DNA of 64,000 nt, from contig NC_045697.1 in the NCBI RefSeq assembly GCF_009834535.1, positions 93,746,001 through 93,810,000 on the forward strand, given 5' to 3'. The notes beneath the pieces are model-generated. The model was given only the letters and a program-made list of their open reading frames with translations, was not told where the DNA came from and made no database searches. This DNA comes from Camelus ferus (taxonomy: Eukaryota). A program made the position numbers and the translations under genes. The number at the start of each line of letters is the position of its first letter. The first letter of the stretch is position 1. This document shows, piece after piece, positions 38,850 through 49,555 of this stretch.

Positions 38850-40130
38850 ACTTTATTCCATTCACTTCAGTGAGGATTCTGTCCACTCAAGTATTTCAGT
38901 ATTTTTCTTGCTAAGTTTACCATTGATCTTTACACAGTCAACATGATCTTCAAATTTATCTTCACAATGCTTAGTTCTTAGTTTTGTTTTGAGTCTTTCA
39001 ACAGCATTGTGAACGCCACATTTGCTTTCTCTTCTCCTTATTTAATGACTACACACACTTCTAGTTTCTTCTTACCTCGCTGGCTACTTGAGTTTTGTCC
39101 ATTTACTTCGCTAACCAAACTAGTTTAGATGTTCTTCAAAGTTGTGTCTTGGACCTCCTCTTTTTCTCACTCTCTATGTATACTTTTCACTTGCAAAACT
39201 CACTCATTCAAATAGCTGTAAACAATGTCTCTATTTCAGAAATTCTAAAATTTAAAAATCGAATCTAAATCTTTTTCAGAGACCCAGGCATTATATCCTA
39301 CTGCCTTCTTGAGATTCACTCCTGACTACATTTTAGCTTTATCAACCTTAAAAAAACCCCAAACGCAACATCCTTCTCTTGTAACCAACTTGGCTACACA
39401 TTACTTCAGTTATTTAAGCCAACGACCTACATTTCACCCAAAGTATTTTCCTCTCTGCTTCATTTTCACTTCTTTTAAATATTAAAAAAAAAATCAAATT
39501 TAGCTCGTAAAATGTGTCTCAAATTCATCCACTCCTCTCCTTTTCTACTGCTTATACACTCATAATTCGACTGTCTTCTATCATACATTCATAATTTGAC
39601 TGTTTTCTATCAATTATGCAATTGCTATAACCTCTTCTCTAAGTGTATACTTTCTCTTGCCATCTCTAAACCTCTAGTCCACCTTAATCATAAGCGTCAT
39701 TATAATGAGAAAGATTTCTTTCTCAAACAACCAAAATGACAAGGTGTCAAAAAATATTTGTACATAGGACAAATATTCTCCAAGAATGCCACCCTTATCT
39801 CAGATTTCTCTAATAATTAAAGTGCTTTTATTCCACAGGGCATTCTGTACCCTAAAAAACCCTTTCATCCAAATTTTTCCTTGTGCATTCCCATTCATTC
39901 TTCAGATCTGTACTGAAAAGCCACTTTCTGGACTTCTCAGAACCTTCTCTGACACTTGCATGTCCAAAAGAACCTCTGTAATCTATTCTCAGAGAAAGAT
40001 TCCTTCCGCTATAGCTGCAACCACAAGGTATAATCATTTATTTGTGAGGTTATTAGTTAATATTTTTCTCATTGTTACACTGTAAGTTTTTATAGTGTAG
40101 GTCTCATGAAGATTGTGCTCCAGAATATAC
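38850..40130 (+). mobile_element. L2 LINE (long degraded 3' portion)
   Basis: CTTGGACCTCCTCTTTTTCTCACTCT...TCTCAAATTCATCCACTCCTCTCC...CATTCATTCTTCAGATCTG. Confidence 0.6.
39554..39611 (+). repeat. 29-bp tandem duplication
   Basis: ATACACTCATAATTCGACTGTCTTCTATC / ATACATTCATAATTTGACTGTTTTCTATC, 26/29 identical. Confidence 0.9.
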
Positions 40131-41099
40131 TAATTTTCTTTGGTGAGATGAAGAATTCAGTTGGAGACTGAGGAAGAGATGTATAAATTATTTCAAAAAG
40201 GGGTTTGAATAAAACAATAATGATCCCATGCCATGAACTAGGTAGTATTAACAACAAAGATTCCAGTTTGGCTGTACCAAGCCTATAAATCATTTCAGGT
40301 GTCAAAGCTCCCCTGCATAAAATTTATTATATATACAACTTACGGTTTATCAGCATGATCAGAGTTTTAAATATAATATTATAATATAATTATAACAATC
40401 TTTTTTAGTACAAAATTTTATTTTCATTTTGGCAATATATTAGACATTTTTCTATAATTCTTCTTTTCTACAGAAAGGCTATCAACTCTTAACACAAATA
40501 GGTAGTATATGTAGAGAAAACTTCATGTTTTCCCTTTTTTTAGTAGTTCTAAAAGTCTTGTCACAAGTTCTTTTTATGCAAATACTAATGACATACATAA
40601 TATAGTATACGATATGAGATAAAGAGGAGTTTTTAAAATTTAAAACTTAAAATGATTTTCATCAACTTTCCTTTTAAAAAAGTATTTAAGTTTGCTTACA
40701 CTTCTTGGAATTAAATTTTTTTTATAAATGCTAACAACTTATAAAACAAATATAATAATTCCATCTTAAATAATTAGCCTAAGCGCTAAGATTTTATTTA
40801 GATAAAGATTGGCTGTATAGATTTTAAATTAATATGGTAAATTGCTTTTACTTCATGCTATTTGCAAAATAAAAATTTACTAACATGTTGAATAGTAAAG
40901 TTACTATAATTGTACGTTAAATCAGTACAAATAAAAATCTAGTCTATGACACCATTTTATATAAAATTTTGAATTTTATTGCTGAATATATGATCAGGTT
41001 CAGAAAAATTAAGTATGTATGTATATATTTTGGCTTCTTAATTTCTCTTGTAAGACCATTATGTCTAAAAGTAATGAATTAGAAGGAAAAAATAAACAA

Positions 41100-42600
41100 A
41101 AATTCTCTTTATTGTAAAAAATGTTCTTGATTTTTGTTTCTGTATTTAATTCTGGATCAAGCTTGAGAGAAGGACACAGAGATTTTGTTTGCACAAATAG
41201 ATGTATTAATTATTCATTTTAATCTGATATTCAGATTTAACTGTGTCCTTTAATTGCATAACTCTACATCTTCTTTGAATAATCAGTCTGCAGCTAGCAA
41301 AGTTCTTCTTTCCGTTAAATTCTCAGCCTGAGCAGAAATTTCATAGAAAGGGTCCATCACCCAGCCATACCCTTCTATTGTAAGAGGGAAACGTACAGTG
41401 AGTTCAGTAAAACTTGAGTCTTGCCGATATCACTCCTTACTTTTAAGCCAAAGCAGCAGTGAAAATATTTAAAAATTTTCTTTAGCCCACATGGTTTTCC
41501 AAAGAGTTATTTTTCTTTTAATTCTCAGCATTCTGACACTTGATGTCAAAAACATATTCTCCAGGGGCTTGCAAGTCAAGTAGTTCCTGTGATTATAAAA
41601 AGTCTGCTAAGTAGGCTAGTTTCTGCCATCACTTTTTCATCTTCAAAAAATTCAGCTGAACCTGGCCTACCATTACTTGACAGTACTCCTGGAATTCACC
41701 TTCCAGCTCAAAATGCTGCTTGAAAGCACTTCTGCTATGCTGCCAGATACCTGTATGTAGCAGACCTCTGTGCTTTTCCCCCTTTCTTCCCTCCTTCCTT
41801 CCTTCCTTCCTTCCTCTCTCTCTTTCTTTTGTAGCAAAACCTCTCATTGAGTCAACCATCGATGATGCAACATCATTATAGATGCTGATCCATTAGTAAA
41901 CTTGTTCTTTCCTGACATAAAGAAAAACTTTAAATAAATCTCAGACTGTTAGTTTTGGACAACTTGCTGCTCTATCTGTTTTGCAATATTTATAAATCAT
42001 ACAAATGCTACACTGTAATATTTATTGATGAAATCTCTTGACTCATCAACCTAAATATGGGAGCTATTGTTTACTTTATTACTCAAAACCTCTTCAGCAT
42101 AATGAGACATGTTATTGACGCAAAGATTTATCATTCTGTTGAAGAGCAGAAACTTTTCATCTGATCCTAGACTTTTGCTCACTATAATTTTAATTCCTTT
42201 ATTGTTAGATTCTCGCCAACTGTGTGATTTATCTTTTTCTATGGAATAATTTCTGCCGATAAATGTGTTTCCTGAGCTGTTTCACTGAATATGATATTTT
42301 TTAAAACAATATAGTTACAATTTTTTGAGGTTACAAAAATAAAACAATATTTTATTTTACATAATCAGTACATTTGCTTGTCAAATGACAGTGAATTTAG
42401 ATAATTATGTTTTCAACTTTGCAAAATAGAAAAGGATAACCTGGAATACCAGTATACATAAAATTCACTGCTCATTACCTTTCATTGTAAAGATCTATTT
42501 CTGTACGTGTCCCTTTTTGCTCGAGAGAAATAACTCAAATGACTGTGATCCTTCTTCACTAATTTCATCAAATTTATCCATAAGCCTAGGCTTAGAATCT
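41100..42600 (-). mobile_element. hAT (Charlie/Buster-type) DNA transposon fossil with decayed transposase
   Basis: Manual translation across stops and frameshifts gives MDKF..., AQETHLSAEIIP*KKINHTVGENL, NMSHYAEEVLSNKVNNSSHI*VDESRDFINKYYSVAFV*FIN, SIYNDVASSMVDSMRGFA, LLHTGIW..QHFELEGEFQEY, WQKLAYLADF and YGWVMDPF, in the collinear order of ZBED5/SCAND3/FAM200-like transposases. Confidence 0.88.
41773..41830 (+). repeat. (CCTT)n/(CT)n microsatellite inside the hAT fossil
   Basis: CCTTCCTTCCTTCCTTCCTTCCTCTCTCTC. Confidence 0.9.
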
Positions 42601-43669
42601 TCTTCTAAAATCTACCTCATGTTCAAAAATTGCAACATTGGACCATCAGATGTCTTTGTAAAACACAAACGATAATCAACAATAAAACAGAAGGGCATTA
42701 GCATTATATTAAACTAAATGAGAAAACCACAAACATATGAGAGTTTTAGCCTATAATATGTGTCTAACCTATCTGATCCATGCTTTGCAAGATTTATAAC
42801 AGCAAAGCACTATGGGAGAACTGAGGAACATTTTAAAAAATCATATTTTATAATGAAACCATCCTTTGATTTTCTATGACCACAGTAGAGTTTGCTCTTG
42901 TGAGTCAGTTGGTGGCAAATAAAAGAGATCAGGAAAGGTAAATCAGGAGGGAGTGGATACCATCAGGCGATCTGTTCTCCCCTGTTCAAGACAGAGTTTA
43001 TCAAAACTCAGCTGCTGCCTCTGTCTCAGGTCCAACCCTGAGAACTAACTCAACAAGTGAACATGGTCCCTACTTACTGTGCACTACCAAAGGAAACTGA
43101 AAGGCTTTCAACAAAATTGGTAAAAGCCTTCTTAGTCAAGGTCCATCAGGGCAAGGTCTAGCATTTTGCAATATGAAAAACTCAAAAATCTTTATTTTTC
43201 AGTCATGATCTCTCACAAAATCTAAAGCTAAAACTCATGGGATTTGTGCGATATCCTCACTGAGAAACCCTGCTGTAAGTAACAGAGTTAAAAAGGGACT
43301 GAATATATTAGAGTGAGCAGAAATCTTTCCATTATTCTGAACTATCTTTGCAGGCGGCTCCCATATCCACATACAGGAAGGAGAGGTAAGACTTTCTGAA
43401 TATATGAACTTGAGTAGATTTCTCTAGGTCACGTCATTCACATAGCAATTGTTCATTGACCCTAAGTTTATAACATTTGTAGCTAAGCCCTTCAATTCTT
43501 GATTTCTCAAGGAATCCATTTATGAAATTCTATCCCATTTCTTTGGCATCAATTTTCTTTCTTTCAAAGATAGTATTCTTAATAACATACAAATATATTT
43601 TAGTTATCTATCACCTAATAAATAATAATAATAACCTCTCTGACCCTGTATGCAACAATAGATACTTTC

Positions 43670-44130
43670 CCAGTTTTCTCTGTGAAAAAAATCAAGCTCT
43701 TCATATCTTGTGACTTCACTTATTCATGATCAATTTTCAAATTCCAGTTATATCTGGCTTCCATCCCGATTCCATTACTGATATACATTTTTTAGGTCAC
43801 TATCTCCCTATTGCTCAAACAATCAACATTTCTCTATTCTTGTCTTAATAACTTCCAGTAGTGGTAGAAATGACTGTCTACTCCTCCATCTATAAACAAA
43901 TATTTTCTCCTGTATGTTGTGGAATCAGTAAGATCCTAGATTGCTTCCCAACCCACTAGCTAATTATTTTACTCTAATTTGCTGGCTACTTCTAGTCTAT
44001 TCTATCTTCAGGCTCACTCTTTAGCACTCCTCTCTACACGACTCCTTGCTCTCTCTCTTCCTAGAAATCTCTCATGTTCATGGCTTAAATACTACCTCAA
44101 AAGTCAGAAGTTTAAATTATGTGCTAGATT
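43670..44130 (+). mobile_element. L2 LINE fragment
   Basis: TCTGGCTTCCATCCCGATTCCATTACTGA...CTCTCATGTTCATGGCTTAAATACTACCTC. Confidence 0.55.
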
Positions 44131-44149
44131 TTCTACAGCCAACTCAACT

Positions 44150-44620
44150 ATACTACCATTCTTTCCTTTGACTTCAAATGCTATTTCCCAGAATCTTTTT
44201 TATCTATACGGTTTTGTGTTAGAGTTAGCCAATGAGAGAAACTCTTGCAAGTTTTAAAATGTGGAAGTAAAGCAGAGGCCACTGGTCCTTTGAAGATGGC
44301 TAGAGCCCCTCGTGTGGGCTCGCAGGATCACATGAACTGTCAGTTGCCAAGGTCTCTGCCAAGACTGCTGCAGTCTCAGAGATTTTTGATTGCTCCAGGA
44401 GCTTCTAGAAAGACCTTGAAAACCACTCTCTTCAGTGCTTCCAGCTGAGATCTTTAGTGTCAAGTCCTCTGGCCATCAGATGCAACCTTAAAATACTGTA
44501 AGAATGGCAAGCATAACAGAGACAAAGCCATATTCTGGGCAAAAAGTAACCCCTCTTCTTTGTGAAGTCATTCTAGTTCATCCTGAATTTCTGTCTTTCC
44601 ATCACATCTCATAATGCATA
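44150..44620. mobile_element. Old ERVL-type LTR (LTR16/LTR33-like), tentative
   Basis: GTTAGAGTTAGCCAATGAGAGAAACTCTTGCAAG...AAGCAGAGGCC; GC-richer block interrupting L2. Confidence 0.4.
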
Positions 44621-44999
44621 TTTACACAAATTTTATTGCATCATACTCTAAAATTGACCTTCAGTCAGTCCAAGTGCCTCCATCTCAACTACAGCCACCT
44701 TAGTTGAAGATAACCTCTAGCTAAATTCTTTTTTATTTCCTCTTTGCTGTTCTTAAACATATAAGTATTTTTGCTTCATAATTATCTTATTTCTCTATGG
44801 CTTTTCATCTTTTTTATCAATAATTTTATATATAAACATACATTATTATTGACTACACTGCACTGAATACATTTTAGTGTAAGTAAATTGTCCATTAATT
44901 TCATTTTAACTCCTTTATCTATCTACTCCCTTTAACATCGTATTTTTCTTAAAAAAGAGTCATCTGCCCTAATTGTCTCAAATTTTACCTGATTTTTTT

Positions 45000-45730
45000 T
45001 TCTCCGGTTTCCAAGCAGGTGCTCCTTCTCATAATTCCACTGAAAATTCTCATATAAAATTAAACAATGCCCATGACTTATTTTCAATTTGCATCTAACT
45101 CAGCCTTCAATAATCTGTCTTTGTTATTTTTTTATTTCATACTTTCTCCCTAGGATACCTCATTTTCCCCATGAATTAGTTACCTGCATAAAATATATAT
45201 ATATATTTTATTTATTTTACTTATATATATATAAAACTCCAGAATCTCTCTTTTTAATGCAGATATTGACAGTACCTGACTCATAAGCCCATGTGAAACG
45301 TCCTTTTGTGTGTCGAAAAGGCATCTCAAACTTAACATGATATAAACAGAACCATGGATTTTTATGTCCCACTACTAAATTTGCTTCTACCCAATTCACA
45401 TTACTAATTGTTAGATTCATCCATCCAGCTACCCAGGCTTAGAAATCATCCTTGTCATCCTCCCAAATAAATAACATCAAGTTAACCTGAAATATATCCC
45501 CAAATAGAGACCCTCTCAGTACTGCCATGGCGACAACCTTATTTCAAGCTACTCTAACCATTTGCCTGGGCTATATTCTCCAGCTCCTAAATTATATATC
45601 CACCGCCACTTTCTCTTACAGTCTGATCTTTGTCCATATCTATAAACCAGCCTGAGAGAGAGTTTTAAGCACACAATTATGCCATATTATTCCTCTAATT
45701 AAAACTCTCTAATGCCTTTCCATTACTGTG
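45000..45730 (+). mobile_element. L2 LINE fragment
   Basis: AGGCATCTCAAACTTAACATG...CATCCATCCAGCTACCCAGGCTTAGAAATCATCCTTG. Confidence 0.65.
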
Positions 45731-47344
45731 ATACCAACTGAAAAAAATAATTATGAAGTCTAGAGAAGAAAGCACTCTTTCAATGTCCCTTTCTTAAATT
45801 TGACAGGCATGTATTTTACAAGTCTTTAAATTTTGTCACTACTCTCACTTCAATTATAACCCTACAAGGATATGGAGAACATATTCAACAATGGAGTGAA
45901 TTAGCTTAGTCTGATACTGTGGTGATAAGAAAAATGTTAGGCACAAGTACACGTAAAAGATACCTGTTAAGACTATCAAGTTGATACTTCAACCAACGTG
46001 ACCAGCAACTTTAGCAGGGGGACGACTCAGGGTTAGAGGGGCTCCTAGCATTTCACAATGTGCTTGAGAAACAATGGAAAATATGTACAAAACTGTCCTT
46101 CCATAAATATTTTTCACCTGTAACAAGATAAATTATACTTCCACTTTTTCAGGAGTACTCTGGTAGAATGAAAATATCCAAACTACTGTGATATTTTTAG
46201 TCATACTAACCTAACAAGGCCATGGTGAGAGAAAAGAAAAAAAAAAAAAATCAGGACAACGTAATGGGTCTGAAAAGGGTTGGAAATGCCTTTGAGTGTG
46301 ACAGTGCTGGAAGCAAAACCATGGAACAGTACAAGTAACCTCTGTCTTTGAGAGAAATACAGGAAATGTGAAGGTAGGTGTATAAAGCCACCAAAGTGAG
46401 CTTTGTGACTTCTCACATCTGTGAAGAACCTACCTTGTCTCCTCGTTTCTTTTGCTAATTAAATTCACTTTCCTTGTGCCTACTTGGCATTGCCAAATCT
46501 GATTTTCCTTTTCAGAACTGATTTTTCTCAGGAGAAAATTGGGAGACCGGACTGGTTTTACCTCAAGATAAATCACAGAATGTAAATTTTAGGACTTCAA
46601 CAAAGTTTGCAGGGGTGCAACCCCACTAGGAAGTGTGTGATCCAGCTCCACCTTCACTGCGTATGGCTGAAGCGCTTACCTCTGGCCCCTAACCTTGCCC
46701 TTTGGCTAGCAGACTACAAAAAACATTAGAATAGTTTACTTTTACTTCTTTATATTTATTTGGCATCCCGAAAACTCACCTTTAAAAATATTCTTTACTT
46801 TTCTCTTGCTTATTCCTTCACCATTCCAACGTCTATATTCAAGCTGCAGATCTATTCTGAGTCACATGCCAACAGGAGTTGAGTGCCTACTAAGTTGCTA
46901 TGGTGATAGCAGATATCCCTTATTTTCTCTTGCTCTTTCACCCAAGGAGTTTTAGAGCAAACAGAAAGCTGGTGATAAAATCAGCTGTGGGGTAAGCTCT
47001 TGATTAAATGACCAGATTTCTCACTTCACCTTTCAAAATGCATGCACGATCCTACGTTTCAATTTTTATGCATTTTTGGCATAGCTCTTGTAGGAAAATG
47101 ATCCTGTTATGATTGTAACTCTCTAGTCTCAGAAAATTTAAAAGATTATATCTTACTAAAATACAAAAATGAAATAAATCATTTTACTTGATGCTGTAAC
47201 GACTGGGGTAGAATAAATTTTTGAATTGTCTTATAAACAGTGAAGTGTTTTGTTAGGTTTTATTATCACTAAACAGCATGCTATTCGAACAAAGTAAAGC
47301 AGGTAAGTTAATCAGTAATTGCAGTGACACTGAGAAAAGGATTT

Positions 47345-47660
47345 ATGTGTGATACACACATGTATTTATATAGAGATGTATATATATTTATGTATATATA
47401 TGTGTGTCTATGTATGTGGCTATATCTACACCTACCATTCCATCTATATCTGTATCTCTCTCTTTATCTGTGTATACCTATCCATATCTATCTAATCAAA
47501 TACCCAAATCTATGTATGTATATATCTGTATCTATTGATGAGTTCATGGTTCTTGAGTTAGTACAAGGATAACAAAACACACACACACACTACACACACA
47601 CACACACACACACACATACTACACACACACGAAAAACAAAACAAAGCAAAACAAAAACTA
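47345..47660 (+). repeat. Compound low-complexity block: (TA/TATG/TCTA)n, interrupted (CA)n at 47577-47630, then (AAAAC)n
   Basis: Read directly from the sequence. Confidence 0.85.
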
Positions 47661-49229
47661 AGGCATATTATATGGCACAAATAGAACTGGAAGATTAATT
47701 TTGAGGTATCAGTTTTCTACAGCTAATTTCTGTGTTTCAATATGACATTCTATTTAAAGGATACGTTAATATCTATAGATTTTTAAAATTTTAATAGGTT
47801 AAAGGACAGAGAAAACAGATCTATAAATGTAAACAGTTATTTGGTTTCTCTTTGAGGAAAGTATGATTTTCTAAGGTGTAAATGGTTCTAGTTTAAAATA
47901 TAAAAATAGAAAAGAAACCATTCTCTAACTTAGAAAGTGTTACCTTCTGTTGTATATAATCATAAAAGTATTAGTATGATACCTTTTTTTCTGACTGTAT
48001 TTCCAGTCAGAAAATGATATTAACACTCCTCACTATATTTGTGATTGTTAATATCACAGGGTATCACATAATTTCTAGTGAGCTATAAACCATATTTGTC
48101 TCTCTTTCTCTTTTTTCCAAAAGAAATTCCACTAAAATCAGAGAATAATGTATCTTTGCACAGGTTCACTTTACACTACCTCGTAGCTTTTAAAACTTAC
48201 CTTCATTATCCATGATCCAAAGCAGAAATAGAAGCTAACAAATATTCCTTGAACAAGTTATGGCAATGAGATATGTTTCAGTAACAATTTCTTAGTGTTT
48301 TCCAAAAGAGCTAATATATTACCATATTGATGAAAATTTTGAATTAATACACTTCAGTTTCTTGGGCAATTTTCACGATTTCCAGCTGGCTGATAGGGTC
48401 GAAGTAAAGTATAATACATTGAGAAAATCTTAAATTCAGATTTTAATGGTCAATACTGCAGTAGAAAAAATACTGTATACATGCTGCCCAGTATCTATAA
48501 ACATCTTTGTTTTCTAAGTAAATTATTGACATTTGATTTTGCCAGTCAAAGTCTTACCCAGTTTAGTAAAATGTTCCATTCCTTTAATAATAGTCTTTGA
48601 TTAACATTTGCTGTCTTCATATCATATGCACAAAAAAATCTGTTCTTATTTACAAATTAAAAAAATAAATGATGAGGTAAATCATAAGACAATAATAAAT
48701 ATAGTTTCCTACACTCGAGAAATCTACATTCTAACATAAGGGATGAATCGATGAGCAAGCAATTTTAACAACGTGCAACTGCTACAGGTTGTTCAAAGTG
48801 GGAAGGGAGCACGAAGACAGAGGGCCAACTTCTTTCAAGACTTGAGAGAATTACAGTGATGAATGAATAGTTTCCCGGGCAGCTTCTATTCCTCCTCTTT
48901 TTCTGTGCCTAACATATCCAGATCATCTTTAGCAAAACCACCCAGTAATTAGTAGATAGCACTGATGAATTTTCTGTGGTATTAATCCTACACCTGTGTC
49001 CAGCTACGGAGCCTGATTAGCGAAAATCAATTGGTGAGATCTCATCTATCCAGCTAAAGCGACTGATTCAGATTTTTCCAATCAGAACTTCTGTCTAATC
49101 ATTGAATTGAAATTTTACCAACCTCTAGAGTATGAACTTGAAAGCCAAATACAGGCAACCGCAGACATAATATTTATGTAAATTTATGCATATTATATAT
49201 TATGTATATATCATATATGTATAATTGTA

Positions 49230-49555
49230 TTATGCCCAGAGTCTTCTTATCTTCCCTCTTCACCTAGATATTTATTTTATTCATGCCTAACTCTATTCAT
49301 TACTCAGTGACAGATGCTTATGTCAACTGTTCCTCAAAGAAACGCAGTCTCTTTAAGCACCATTAAGCCTTTTTTCCTTTGCATTTGTTATGAATGCAGT
49401 TTTACATAAGTTAGTGTGCTTATTTGATTAGTGTCACTCACCCACAAAGACTACCATCTCTCAGTCCAGGAATGATTTTTTAACATTTTTACTGTGTCCC
49501 TGTTCTATAACCCAGAAATGTATAATAGGTGATATGTAAATAAATATGAACATTC
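49230..49555 (+). mobile_element. L2 3' end
   Basis: CATGCCTAACTCTATTCATTACTCAG...TTTTACTGTGTCCCTG...AATAGGTGATATGTAAATAAATATGAAC. Confidence 0.5.

Noticed and set aside
42470..42660. Minus-strand exon-like segment ending AAG|GTAATG
   Set aside because: Interrupted by stops and better explained as the N-terminal part of the hAT fossil
46483..46497. TTGGCATTGCCAA as an NFI site
   Set aside because: The spacer is 3 nt rather than the canonical TTGGC-N5-GCCAA
48201..48255. Minus-strand QGIFVSFYFCF before AAG|GTAAGT, resembling class B GPCR TM7 (QGFFVxxxYCF)
   Set aside because: It lacks the following N-x-EV motif, exon length and phase do not fit, the acceptor is weak, and no other GPCR exons were seen
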